Shown piece after piece: positions 36,297-46,565 of a stretch of 64,000 bases of DNA. The position numbers and the translations under genes are program-made. The notes under the pieces were generated by a model. That model saw only the letters and a program-made list of their open reading frames with translations, was not told the DNA's origin and did not search any database. The first letter of the stretch is position 1. Each line of letters opens with the position of its first letter. The stretch is from Acidobacteria bacterium RIFCSPLOWO2_12_FULL_67_14b (GTDB taxonomy: Bacteria; Acidobacteriota; Vicinamibacteria; Vicinamibacterales; UBA2999), in NCBI GenBank assembly GCA_001768615.1, contig MELE01000160.1:8547-72546 (forward strand). Direction: 5' to 3'.

Positions 36297-36992
36297 ATGC
36301 CAACATTAGCAATAACCTGGTTAGGCCATTCGTCCTTCCGCCTGAGAACGCCGGGTGGGAAAGAGATTCTCTTCGATCCCTGGTATACGGGCAATCCCGT
36401 GTTCGTCGAGGCCTCGCGGCCGAAGGCGGCGGACCTCATCCTCGTGTCGCACGGTCACAGCGATCACATCACCGACGCCGCCGCGATGGCGAAGGCGACC
36501 GGGGCCACCGTCGTCGGCATCTGGGAGGTGGCGACCTGGCTCGGATCGAAAGGCGTTCAGCACATCGAGCCGATGAACAAGGGCGGGACGATTACGGTCA
36601 AGGGCCTCCGCATCACCATGACCGACGCGCGTCACAGCAGCAGCTTCGACGACAACGGTTTCGTCTACCTGGGCGAGCCGGCAGGATTTGTCGTGAAGCT
36701 GGAGAACGGCCAAACGATCTACTTCGCCGGCGACACGTCGCTGTTTGGCGACATGAAGCTCGTCGGCGAGCTCTACAAGCCCGACATCGCGTTCCTGCCG
36801 ATCGGCGATCGGTTTACCATGGGGCCCGACACCGCCGCCATGGCGGCGCAGTGGCTCGGCGTCAAGCAGGTGGTGCCGATGCACTACGGCACGTTCCCGC
36901 TCCTCACCGGCACGCCGGAGCTGCTCGAGCAACAGCTGGCGGGGACGGGGATCGAGGTACTGAAGCTGAAGCCCGGTGAAACGGCTCAGTAG
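36297..36992 (+). CDS. MBL-fold metal-dependent hydrolase (UPF0173-like)
   Basis: ITWLGHSSF...LVSHGHSDH metallo-beta-lactamase motif. 231 aa. Confidence 0.8.
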   Translation: MPTLAITWLGHSSFRLRTPGGKEILFDPWYTGNPVFVEASRPKAADLILVSHGHSDHITDAAAMAKATGATVVGIWEVATWLGSKGVQHIEPMNKGGTITVKGLRITMTDARHSSSFDDNGFVYLGEPAGFVVKLENGQTIYFAGDTSLFGDMKLVGELYKPDIAFLPIGDRFTMGPDTAAMAAQWLGVKQVVPMHYGTFPLLTGTPELLEQQLAGTGIEVLKLKPGETAQ

Positions 36993-37577
36993 CTATTTCT
37001 TGAGGAGCCCGCCGACCAGGTAGTCGGCAAAGGCATCGCCAATCTGATCGGACTTGGCGGGGCCCTGCGGGTCGAACCACTTCGGGATCCAGTTGACGGC
37101 GCCCATCATCGCAAACTCGATCAGCTTCGGATCGCCGGTGCGGAAGACCTCCTGGTCGATCCCTTGCTGGATGATCTCGCGGATGCCGTGGTCGAACTCG
37201 TCGCGCTTGGCGATCACCTTCTTCAGCAGCGGCGGCGACAGCGCCTCGGGATCGAGCGTCAACGCGCTGGCGTGCAGCTCGTCGAGAATCAAATGCACGA
37301 ACGCGAGCACGAGCCGCCGCAGCTTGGCCTCGGGCGACGACGATTCGACCTGCACGTCGGCCATCAGCTTGAGCAGCAGGTCCAGCGAATAGTCGTGGCA
37401 CGCGAAGAGAATCTCTTCCTTGTTCTTGAAGTAGTAGTAGAGGTTGCCCTTCGTCATCTCCAGCGCCGACGCGATTTCGTCGACGCTGGCGCCGTGATAC
37501 CCGCGCCGGCGGAACGCGGCGGCCGCGCTCTTGAGGATCTCGATGCGCCGATCGGACGCGGTGGTGGCTTTGGCCAT
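36993..37577 (-). CDS. TetR/AcrR family transcriptional regulator
   Basis: N-terminal HTH FRRRGYHGASVDEIASALEMTKGNLYYYFKNKEEIL. Divergent from boxC. Confidence 0.85.
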   Translation of the reverse strand: MAKATTASDRRIEILKSAAAAFRRRGYHGASVDEIASALEMTKGNLYYYFKNKEEILFACHDYSLDLLLKLMADVQVESSSPEAKLRRLVLAFVHLILDELHASALTLDPEALSPPLLKKVIAKRDEFDHGIREIIQQGIDQEVFRTGDPKLIEFAMMGAVNWIPKWFDPQGPAKSDQIGDAFADYLVGGLLKK

Positions 37578-37649
37578 GGCTCAGGACGCGGGGTTGCGTT
37601 TCCAGGGGCACGAGGGGCGGAAGTTCAACCCGGCGCCTTTATATCACAG

Positions 37650-37669
37650 ATTTGAACGAGCGTTTAAAT
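37650..37669. promoter_or_regulatory. Candidate TetR operator: ATTTGAAC-GAGC-GTTTAAAT (one mismatch)
   Basis: AT-rich imperfect inverted repeat in the tetR/boxC divergent region. Confidence 0.35.
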
Positions 37670-37688
37670 TCGTAGTAAACTCCGCCCT

Positions 37689-39347
37689 GTGGATCAGACC
37701 GTTCCGGCCCCGACGGTGACTTTCGAGACCGCGCCCGACCAGTACAAGCACTGGAAGCTCACCATCGCCGGCAACATCGCGACGCTCGCGATGGACGTCC
37801 GCGAAGACGCGGGGCTGCGGCCGGCCGACTACAAGCTGAAGCTGAATTCCTACGACCTGGGCGTCGACATCGAGCTGGCCGACGCGCTGCAGCGGCTTCG
37901 CTTCGAACATCCCGAGGTGCACGCGGTCGTGCTCACGAGCCTCAAGCCCCGCATCTTCTGCGCCGGCGCCAACATCTTCATGCTCGGCACGTCGAGCCAC
38001 GGCTTCAAGGTGAACTTCTGCAAGTTCACCAACGAGACGCGCCTCGGCATGGAGGACATGAGCGCCCACAGCGGGATCAAGTTCCTCGCGGCCGTCAACG
38101 GCGTGTGCGCCGGTGGCGGCTACGAGCTGGCGCTGGCGTGCGACGAGATCCTGCTCGTCGACGACGGCAGCGCGTCGGTGGGATTACCCGAGACGCCGCT
38201 GCTCGGCGTGCTTCCCGGCACCGGCGGGCTCACGCGCGTGGTCGACAAGCGCAAGGTCCGCCGCGATCTCGCGGACGACTTCGGCACGCTCACCGAAGGC
38301 GTGCGCGGCAAGCGCGCCGTCGAAGGCCGGTTCGTCGACGCGGTCTACCCGACGAGCAAGTTCCAGGACGCCGTGGCCCGGCGCGCGCAGGAGCTGGCCG
38401 CGCAGTCGGATCGTCCGGCCACCGGCCCGGGCGCCCGGCTGGGACCGCTGGCCCCGGCGATCTCCGGCGACGTCATTCAATACCAGTACGTAAAGGGCAG
38501 CATCGACCGCGTGAAGCGCGTCTGCGATCTGACCATCGCCGCGCCCGATGCCCCGCAGCCGTCAACGCCCGACGCCTTCCTCAAGGCCGGCGATCGGGCC
38601 TGGGCGATCCGCGCGTTCCGCGAGCTGGATGACGCGCTGCTCCGGCTGCGCCTGAACGAACCGGAAATCGGGATCATCGTGCTGAAGACCACCGGCGATC
38701 CCGCGGCGGTGCTCGCCGTCGACGAGGCGTTGCACGCGCATGCGTCGCACTGGCTCGTGCGCGAGATCATCGGATTGATCCGCCGCACGCTGAAGCGCGT
38801 GGACCTCACGTCGCGCAGTTTCTTCGCCCTGATCGAACCTGGCAGCGCCTTCGCCGGCACGCTGTTCGAGCTGGCCCTCGCCGCGGATCGCGCCTACATG
38901 CTCAACCACCCGGACGAGCCCAACACGATCGAGCTGTCGGTGATGAACGGCGGCGCCTATCCGATGAGCAACGGGATCTCGCGGCTGCAGGTGCGGTTCC
39001 TCGGCGAGCCGGACTCGGTGGGCACGGCGCTGGCGCACGACGGCCCCTTCGATGCGCACCAGGCGCTCGAGGCCGGCCTCGTGTTCTCCGCGCCCGACGA
39101 CATCGACTGGGATGACGAGGTGCGCATGGCGCTCGAGGCGCGCGCGGCGTTTTCGCCCGACGCGCTCACCGGCATGGAGGCCAACCTGCGCTTCGCCGGG
39201 CCGGAAACCATGGAGACGAAGATCTTCGGCCGCCTGACGGCGTGGCAGAACTGGATCTTCCAGCGCCCCAACGCGGTGGGCGAGCGCGGGGCGCTGATGA
39301 CCTACGGCCGCGAAGGCCGGCCGTCGTTCGACTTCAAGAGGACGTAA
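37689..39347 (+). CDS. boxC: 2,3-epoxybenzoyl-CoA dihydrolase (benzoyl-CoA-dihydrodiol lyase)
   Basis: 552 aa. YKLKLNSYDLGVDIELADALQRLRFEHPEV and a crotonase-like core match my memory of BoxC. GTG start. Confidence 0.8.
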   Translation: MDQTVPAPTVTFETAPDQYKHWKLTIAGNIATLAMDVREDAGLRPADYKLKLNSYDLGVDIELADALQRLRFEHPEVHAVVLTSLKPRIFCAGANIFMLGTSSHGFKVNFCKFTNETRLGMEDMSAHSGIKFLAAVNGVCAGGGYELALACDEILLVDDGSASVGLPETPLLGVLPGTGGLTRVVDKRKVRRDLADDFGTLTEGVRGKRAVEGRFVDAVYPTSKFQDAVARRAQELAAQSDRPATGPGARLGPLAPAISGDVIQYQYVKGSIDRVKRVCDLTIAAPDAPQPSTPDAFLKAGDRAWAIRAFRELDDALLRLRLNEPEIGIIVLKTTGDPAAVLAVDEALHAHASHWLVREIIGLIRRTLKRVDLTSRSFFALIEPGSAFAGTLFELALAADRAYMLNHPDEPNTIELSVMNGGAYPMSNGISRLQVRFLGEPDSVGTALAHDGPFDAHQALEAGLVFSAPDDIDWDDEVRMALEARAAFSPDALTGMEANLRFAGPETMETKIFGRLTAWQNWIFQRPNAVGERGALMTYGREGRPSFDFKRT

Positions 39348-40774
39348 TGATTTCCAGCGAACGTATCCCCAACAACGTCGACCTGGCCGGCAACAAGCGC
39401 CTGCAGCGGGCGCTCGAGCACTGGCAGCCGGCCTATCTCGATTGGTGGCGCGACATGGGGCCGCCCGGGTTTCAGGACAGCCACCGCGTCTACCTGCGCA
39501 CCGCGGTGAGCGTCGACGCGGCGGGCTGGGCGCACTTCGACTTCGTGAAGCTCCCCGAGTACCGCTGGGGCATCTTCCTCGCGGAGCCGACGCCGGATCG
39601 GCGGATCGGCTTCGGCGACTTCAAGGGCCAGCCCGTGTGGCACGAGGTGCCCGGCGAGTTCCGCAACCAGCTCCGCCGCCTGATCGTGATCCAGGGCGAC
39701 ACCGAGCCGGCCAGCGTCGAGCAGCAGCGGTCGCTCGGCGCGCACTGTCCGAGCCTGTACGACCTGCGCAACCTGTTTCAGGTGAACGTCGAGGAAGGCC
39801 GCCACCTCTGGGCCATGGTCTACCTGCTGCACTCGTACTTCGGGCGCGACGGCCGCGAAGAGGCCGAGGCCCTGCTCGAGCGGCGCAGCGGCAACGACGA
39901 CACGCCGCGTATGCTCGAGGCCTTCAACGAGCCCATCGACACCTGGCTCGACTTCTTCGCGTTCACGATGTTCACCGATCGCGACGGCAAGTCGCAGTTG
40001 CTGTCGCTGTCGGAAAGCTCGCTCGATCCGCTGGCGCGGACCACGCGCTTCATGCTGACCGAAGAGGCACACCACATGTTCGTCGGCGAAACCGGGATCG
40101 CCCGCATTCTCGAACGCACCTGCCAGCTGCTGCGCGAGTCGGGCTTCTCGGGCGACGTGCGCCGGTCCGGCGGCATCGACCTGCCGCTGGTCCAGAAGTT
40201 CGTCAACTTCTGGTTCAGCCAGAGCCTCGATCTCCATGGCAGCGAAGTGTCCAGCAACGCGGCCGCCTACTTCTCGAACGGCCTCAAGGGCCGCGCCGAG
40301 GAGGACAAGTTCGGTGACGACCACGTGCTGGCGGCGAACATGTACATGCTCGACCTGCTGGACGCGAGCGGCCGCATCACCAGGGAGGAAGTGCCGATGC
40401 GCAACGCGCTGAACGAGGTGCTTCGCGACTGGTATGTCGGCGACTGCCAGGCCGGCGTCGATCGCTGGAACAAGCGCGTGCTCGAGGCGCACGGCATGTC
40501 GGATCGGATCGTCCTGCCGTCCCGGAAGTTCAACCGCCGCGTCGGGGTGTATGCGGGCAGGCACTTCGACCCGATGGGCAACATCCTGACGCCCGAGGAA
40601 TGGGAGCGCCAGAAGCCCGAGTGGCTGCCGACCGCCGCCGACAAGGCGTTCCTGCACAGCCTGCAGGTCACGCCGGTGTACAAGCCGGGGCAGTTCGCCA
40701 ACTACATTGCGCCGCCCCAGCGTGGCATCAACCGGCAGCCGATCGACTTCGAGTACGTGCGGACCGAGGGCTAA
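39347..40774 (+). CDS. boxB: Benzoyl-CoA 2,3-epoxidase, diiron oxygenase subunit B
   Basis: 475 aa. N-terminus SERIPNNVDL..NKRLQRALEHWQP.YLDWW and YLRTAVSVD match BoxB as remembered. ATG overlaps the boxC TAA. Confidence 0.85.
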   Translation: MISSERIPNNVDLAGNKRLQRALEHWQPAYLDWWRDMGPPGFQDSHRVYLRTAVSVDAAGWAHFDFVKLPEYRWGIFLAEPTPDRRIGFGDFKGQPVWHEVPGEFRNQLRRLIVIQGDTEPASVEQQRSLGAHCPSLYDLRNLFQVNVEEGRHLWAMVYLLHSYFGRDGREEAEALLERRSGNDDTPRMLEAFNEPIDTWLDFFAFTMFTDRDGKSQLLSLSESSLDPLARTTRFMLTEEAHHMFVGETGIARILERTCQLLRESGFSGDVRRSGGIDLPLVQKFVNFWFSQSLDLHGSEVSSNAAAYFSNGLKGRAEEDKFGDDHVLAANMYMLDLLDASGRITREEVPMRNALNEVLRDWYVGDCQAGVDRWNKRVLEAHGMSDRIVLPSRKFNRRVGVYAGRHFDPMGNILTPEEWERQKPEWLPTAADKAFLHSLQVTPVYKPGQFANYIAPPQRGINRQPIDFEYVRTEG

Positions 40775-40809
40775 GAAGGCAGAAGGCAGAAGGCAGAAGG
40801 CAGAAGGCT
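40775..40809. repeat. Tandem heptamer array (GAAGGCA)x5, same unit as at 22692
   Basis: Fills the entire 33-nt gap between the boxB TAA (40774) and the convergent stop at 40808-40810. Confidence 0.95.
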
Positions 40810-41236
40810 ACTGGATGACGATCCGGCCCTGGAGGCCGGTATTCTCCGGCAGGTTGTGATCGTGGAAGCCGCAGGTCCGCACGGTGTTCAGGTTGCCCGT
40901 CGTGCGCTGCTGGCCCGGCGTGAGGAAGCCCACCTGGTTGATCTCGGGGCACTGCGTGTGCTCCGGATGCGGATCCGACGACATGTCGTGCGCCAGCGTG
41001 TGGTTGTTGATGAACGTGACCCGTCCGCCGGGCGCGACCGTGACCGACGACGGGCTCACCGTGCCGTTGGCGCCGATCGTGATCGTGGCCGTCGACGGGT
41101 TGCCGCCCGTGCCGGGCGTTGTCGGCGTCGTCGGCGTCGTGGGTGTTGTCGGCGTCGAACCGCCGCCGCCGCACGCCGCCACCGTGGCCGCCGCCACCAC
41201 CGCCGCCGCCACCGCCATCCACACCGATTGCCTCAT
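40808..41236 (-). CDS. Lipoprotein with cupredoxin-like beta-sandwich domain (His/Cys-rich)
   Basis: Lipobox VAAC, a (TPT)n linker, then VTVAPGGRVTFINNHTLAHDM...CGFHDH. Confidence 0.55.
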   Translation of the reverse strand: MRQSVWMAVAAAVVAAATVAACGGGGSTPTTPTTPTTPTTPGTGGNPSTATITIGANGTVSPSSVTVAPGGRVTFINNHTLAHDMSSDPHPEHTQCPEINQVGFLTPGQQRTTGNLNTVRTCGFHDHNLPENTGLQGRIVIQ

Positions 41237-41250
41237 ACGCTCTCGCTCCC

Positions 41251-42102
41251 TCAGAAGAATTTGCGCGACAGGTTGAAGCCAACATACCAGTCGCTCTTCC
41301 CCGTGCCGCCCCGGGCCGCCTGGGCCAGCGTGGTGCCGAAGCCGTTGGAGAAGTTGATCTGGAAGAGGTGGCCGCCCGCGCGCTGCTCGATCCCGAAGCT
41401 CACCAGCGTGACGCCGGGCTTGAAGCCCGCGATGCGCGGCGACGCTTCGACGAACAGAAACGTGTTCCGGCGCGCGCGGATGCGGGCGCCCACGCCCGCC
41501 ATCACCGTGTAGTCGTCGCCATCCACCCCGGTGATGTTGCTGTTGCTGACGACGGAGGGCTCGAGGTAGAGGGCGCCCTTGTCGCTGATCTCCCGCGACA
41601 GCACGAGCATCGCGCCCGGCGAGAACTCGTCGCTGAAATTGTCGGTGCCGTCGACGTTGACGACGATGCCCAGGCCGACGGGCGCGTTCTTCTGCGAGAC
41701 GGCGTCGTACTGTCCCGAGAACTGGATGGTCCGATCCGAGGTGCGATAGACGCCGACCTGGCCGCCGCGGAACAGCCCGTACTTCAACTCGAGGCCGATC
41801 TGCGCGCCGCTGTCGAAGCCGAACGCGCGTTTCACGAGGTCGCCGAAGTCGCCGTCGCCGAGCGTGCGCAGGAAGCGGTGCGTCAGCCGGAACGCCATCT
41901 TCCCCTTGGGCAGCCGCAGGTTCGTCGGCATCGTCGCGACGTAGAAGTCCGGCTGGGCGTTGTTGGGGTCGCGGTCCGGATCGTCGTCTTGCGGCGGGGT
42001 GGCCGCGGCCGGCGCCGGGTCGGCCGGCGGCTGGGCCGCCGCTGGGATGGCGACGGCCGCGACGAGCAGGAGCGCCAGGACTGCGTGCAACGAGCGTGTC
42101 AT
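41251..42102 (-). CDS. DUF5777-like outer-membrane beta-barrel protein
   Basis: Signal peptide, alternating beta-strand pattern and a C-terminal ...NLSRKFF aromatic terminus typical of OM barrels. Confidence 0.6.
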   Translation of the reverse strand: MTRSLHAVLALLLVAAVAIPAAAQPPADPAPAAATPPQDDDPDRDPNNAQPDFYVATMPTNLRLPKGKMAFRLTHRFLRTLGDGDFGDLVKRAFGFDSGAQIGLELKYGLFRGGQVGVYRTSDRTIQFSGQYDAVSQKNAPVGLGIVVNVDGTDNFSDEFSPGAMLVLSREISDKGALYLEPSVVSNSNITGVDGDDYTVMAGVGARIRARRNTFLFVEASPRIAGFKPGVTLVSFGIEQRAGGHLFQINFSNGFGTTLAQAARGGTGKSDWYVGFNLSRKFF

Positions 42103-42115
42103 CGAGTGGAGTCTC

Positions 42116-42529
42116 CTACCGCGCTTTCTTCGCGCTGACGACGAGCATACCCTTCATGTCCTCGTGGCCGTCGCCGCAGTACTCGGAGCAGACGATCGGG
42201 AACTGGCCGGGCGTCGAGGCGACAAAGTCGATGGTCACGGCCTTGCCGCCGCGCGGCACCGTCCTGGCGACCCTGAATTTCTTGATCTCGACGCCGTGCA
42301 CGCCGTCGGCGGACGTGACGACGAGCCGCACGCGCTCGCCTTCGGTGACCTCCACCTGGGCCGGCTCGAAGCCGAATCGCTTGGCCACGACGTCGATGAC
42401 GCGTGGCGCAGAAGCCGTGGCGGGGTCCTGATGGGCATACGACATCGCTGCCACTCCCAACAAGAGCGCCGTCCCCGCCACGGCAACTGAATCCGCAAAA
42501 AGGGTCGGTCGAACGAACACCGCAGACAT
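42116..42529 (-). CDS. Membrane-anchored cupredoxin with CuA-type ligand motif
   Basis: The sequence CSEYCGDGHEDM fits the CuA pattern C-x-E-x-C-G-x-x-H-x-x-M, with an upstream His in DGVHGV. Start uncertain (see the sigma-54 promoter candidates). Confidence 0.65.
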   Translation of the reverse strand: MSAVFVRPTLFADSVAVAGTALLLGVAAMSYAHQDPATASAPRVIDVVAKRFGFEPAQVEVTEGERVRLVVTSADGVHGVEIKKFRVARTVPRGGKAVTIDFVASTPGQFPIVCSEYCGDGHEDMKGMLVVSAKKAR

Positions 42530-42531
42530 GT

Positions 42532-42548
42532 AAGCAAGGGTGATGCCT
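42532..42548 (-). promoter_or_regulatory. Sigma-54 -24/-12 candidate aGGCAT-N5-TTGCT
   Basis: The minus-strand sequence AGGCATCACCCTTGCTT matches TGGCAC-N5-TTGCW in spacing and in the GG/GC dinucleotides. It ends only 2 nt before the annotated ATG, which would force a downstream start. Confidence 0.4.
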
Positions 42549-42591
42549 GATTCGGATTTGCCTGGAGGCCGGGACTTTAGTCCCGCCGGGG

Positions 42592-42608
42592 CGCGATCCC
42601 GGAGCCAA
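42592..42608 (-). promoter_or_regulatory. Sigma-54 -24/-12 candidate TGGCTC-N5-ATCGC
   Basis: The minus-strand sequence TTGGCTCCGGGATCGCG is a weaker match but sits at a conventional distance (about 60-80 nt) from the ATG at 42529. Confidence 0.3.
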
Positions 42609-42665
42609 CGCCGTGTGCGGAGTTGTCGCGTGGCGTAAGAACTTACGCTGAGCGTAAAGGCGCGG

Positions 42666-44030
<1,365 letters not shown>

Positions 44031-44032
44031 AG

Positions 44033-45796
44033 TCAGGAGTCGGATCCGGGCGCGTCGCCGATCTCGACGCGGAAGTCGGTGCCCGCGCCGAGCGTGGTGG
44101 CCACGCCGATCGACCCGCCGAGGCCTTCGACGATGTTCTTGGCGATGGCGAGGCCGAGTCCCGTGCCCGCGCGCCTCGTCGTGAAGTATGGATCGAAGAT
44201 GCGCGGCAGATCATCCTCCGCGATGCCGCGGCCGTTGTCGCGGATGGTCACCGCCACGCGGCGATCGCCGATGCGCTGTGTCACCAGGCGCACGCGGGCG
44301 GACGGCGGCGCCGCGGCGGCCTGGGCGTCCTTGGGCGGCTCCACCGCATGCTGCGCGTTGGTGAGCAGGTTCACCAGCACCGTCCGCAGGCGCTCGCCGT
44401 CGGTGACCAGGTCGGGGAGCGACGGCGCCAGGTCGAGCGTGACCTGCCCGGCCCCCTCACCGGCGCCGGCGGCGGCCGCCGCATCGCGGCACACGGCGTT
44501 GACGTCGGTCGGCGCGGGATCGAAGCGGATGGGGCGCGCCACGTCGAGGACGTCGTTGACGAGGCTGTTCAACCGGTCGATCTCCTCGTCGATGTCCTGG
44601 GCCGCGTCCCGCACGTCGGCGGGGCTGGCGCCGTCACGGTCGAGCGTCCTGAGCGCGCCCTTGATGATCATCAGCGGGTTCCTGACCTCGTGCGCGATCA
44701 CCGTGGACAGCCGGCCGAGCGACGACAGGCGCTCGCGCTGGCCCGCTTCCCGCTGGAACCCCGCAATCGAGTCGGTCAGCGAGTTGAACGTCGTCGCCAG
44801 CATGTGCGCGTCATCGTCATCCCAGCCGCCGCGCGGCTTGGTGGCGATCTTGCGGCTGAGGTCGCCGGTGGCGGCCAGGTGCCGCATGTGGTCGGTGATG
44901 GCCGCCAGCGGGCGCGTAATCGTCCTGGCGACGGCATAGCTGACGACGATGGCCAGCAGCGTGGCGCCGAGGGCAATGGCGCCGAGGGCCGCCTGGATGC
45001 TGCCGAGCGTGCGCATCCGCTCGCTGCGCGACCGCATCACGATGGCCGCCGGATCGGTGGCGCCGTTGCCGGTCCCGAGCGGCTGCACCTGCGCCACGTA
45101 TTCTTCGCCGCCGATCAGCACGCGGGCCGGCCGTGTCGCACGCAACAGCGGGGCGAGCGTTTCGGCGGCGCCCGGTCCCAGCGTCGACGCGCGCACGGCC
45201 CCGGCCATCGCGAACGCGATGTCGGCGCCCGTGAGCAGCTTGAACTGCGCCGCGCGCCCGTCGTCGAGCAGGTAGCCGAGGCTGAGCACGCCCAGAATGT
45301 CGGGCCGCTCGATGCCGACGGTCACCGGCACGCTGACCACCTCGAGCACGCCGCGGGCGTGGGGCCAGAAGGCCGGAGAGACCACGCCGTCCATCGCCAG
45401 TTGCAGGTCGGGCGTGCGCTCGATGATCGCGGCGCGGTCGCCCGCTCGCGCCAGCGTCTCGCCGCGCCGGCCGGTGACGATGAGCAGGTCGGCCCCCGCC
45501 TGCTCCTGATAATCCTTCGCGATCGGTTCGATCGTCGGCGAATCCTGGGTGTCGACCGCCGACTTGAACTTCGGAAGGTCGGCAATGAGCCGGGCGGTGC
45601 GCGCGACATTGTCGAACTGGGTGCGCCGCTGCTCGTCGACGAGCGTCGCCGCCTCGGTCAGGTCGCGCTGGAGCTCGGCCTCGGTCTCGCGCGTCATCCG
45701 GGCGCTGATGAAGAACACGGCGGCGCCGATCGACAACATGGCCAGCAGCGCGCTCGCCAGGAAGATGCGGTTGGTAATCGATCCCAGGACCCGCAT
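44033..45796 (-). CDS. Sensor histidine kinase (periplasmic sensor domain-HAMP-HisKA-HATPase)
   Basis: Two TM segments flank a sensor domain of about 270 aa. H-box (IAHEVRNPL) plus N and G boxes (DNGRGI, GTGLGL). The ATG at 45796 overlaps the upstream TGA. Confidence 0.85.
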   Translation of the reverse strand: MRVLGSITNRIFLASALLAMLSIGAAVFFISARMTRETEAELQRDLTEAATLVDEQRRTQFDNVARTARLIADLPKFKSAVDTQDSPTIEPIAKDYQEQAGADLLIVTGRRGETLARAGDRAAIIERTPDLQLAMDGVVSPAFWPHARGVLEVVSVPVTVGIERPDILGVLSLGYLLDDGRAAQFKLLTGADIAFAMAGAVRASTLGPGAAETLAPLLRATRPARVLIGGEEYVAQVQPLGTGNGATDPAAIVMRSRSERMRTLGSIQAALGAIALGATLLAIVVSYAVARTITRPLAAITDHMRHLAATGDLSRKIATKPRGGWDDDDAHMLATTFNSLTDSIAGFQREAGQRERLSSLGRLSTVIAHEVRNPLMIIKGALRTLDRDGASPADVRDAAQDIDEEIDRLNSLVNDVLDVARPIRFDPAPTDVNAVCRDAAAAAGAGEGAGQVTLDLAPSLPDLVTDGERLRTVLVNLLTNAQHAVEPPKDAQAAAAPPSARVRLVTQRIGDRRVAVTIRDNGRGIAEDDLPRIFDPYFTTRRAGTGLGLAIAKNIVEGLGGSIGVATTLGAGTDFRVEIGDAPGSDS

Positions 45797-46518
45797 CACG
45801 GCACGACCATATCGACTTCGGCCCATCCCGTGGCGGGCACGACGACCGACCGCGTGACCCGGGCCTCGCCCTCGTACCAGCCGACCAGCGTGTAGGTGCC
45901 GGCCGGGACCAACGGCAGGTCGAAGCGCCCGTCGACATCGGTGACGTCGAAGAACGGGTGGTTGAACACCACGACGAACGCGTTCATGTGCGAGTGGATG
46001 TCGCAGAACACGCGGATCACGCCGGGACGGTCCATGCGCACCGATTTCGAGCGCCCGGCGGCGTAGCGGCCGAGGTCGAAACGCTGCGCCCGCGACAGCG
46101 AGAACACGTTGTGATAGGTGCGATCGCTGTTCGGGAAGTCGACGATGGTGCCGACCACCACGGCGAGCAGGTGCGGCACGAAGCGCTCGTTGCGCTGGTC
46201 CATCACGGCGCGCCCGGGTTCGCGTTCGTCGAAGGCCGCGCGCGGGGCGGTGTCGAGATACACGAGCCCGCGGCGCAGGTCGGGCAGATCGCGCGGTCCG
46301 GCCGCTCCGGCCGACGCCACATCCGGCCGCCGCTCGGCCGGCCGGGCGAGCCGGCGGATGTCGAGCCGCCCGCGAATGCCGCCCGGGGATGGAGTCGGTC
46401 GATCCTGGCTCCTGGGACTCGCTTCGCTCGTGGGAGAAATATCGGCAAGCAGCAGCACGCATCCGAGGAGCGCCGAAGGCGCGACCCCAAGGAGGCGGCG
46501 CCAGCCGCCGACTCCCAC
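45796..46518 (-). CDS. Type-1-copper-like cupredoxin fused to a carboxypeptidase-regulatory-like beta-sandwich
   Basis: YHNVFS...FCDIHSHM fits the H...C-x2-H-x2-M ligand pattern. C-terminal VDGRFDLPLVPAGTYTLVGW. N-terminus uncertain (GTG 46518) and overlaps dispersed repeat E3. Confidence 0.55.
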   Translation of the reverse strand: MGVGGWRRLLGVAPSALLGCVLLLADISPTSEASPRSQDRPTPSPGGIRGRLDIRRLARPAERRPDVASAGAAGPRDLPDLRRGLVYLDTAPRAAFDEREPGRAVMDQRNERFVPHLLAVVVGTIVDFPNSDRTYHNVFSLSRAQRFDLGRYAAGRSKSVRMDRPGVIRVFCDIHSHMNAFVVVFNHPFFDVTDVDGRFDLPLVPAGTYTLVGWYEGEARVTRSVVVPATGWAEVDMVVP

Positions 46519-46565
46519 ACGCGAACGAAGTGAGCGTGTCCTACCGAGCCGAAGGCGAGGCCTCT
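46425..46565. repeat. Dispersed imperfect-palindrome element, copy E3
   Basis: GGGACTCGCTTCGCTCGTGGGAG (left) and GACTCCCACACGCGAACGAAGTGAGC (right) are approximate inverted repeats about 55 nt apart. Overlaps the N-terminal coding region of the cupredoxin gene. Confidence 0.7.

Noticed and set aside
41100-41165. Nucleotide periodicity in the lipoprotein linker (TPTTPTTPTTPTTP)
   Set aside because: It is an ordinary Thr/Pro linker encoded by a 9-bp codon repeat inside a CDS. It is unrelated to the 7-8 bp arrays.
45797-46462. N-terminal extension of the histidine-kinase ORF (44033..46462); the same issue affects ORFs 13760.., 14632.., 16730.., 17539.., 19838.. and 30063..
   Set aside because: In each case a conserved family N-terminus begins at an internal ATG or GTG that overlaps the upstream stop codon. 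The extension overlaps the preceding real gene out of frame.
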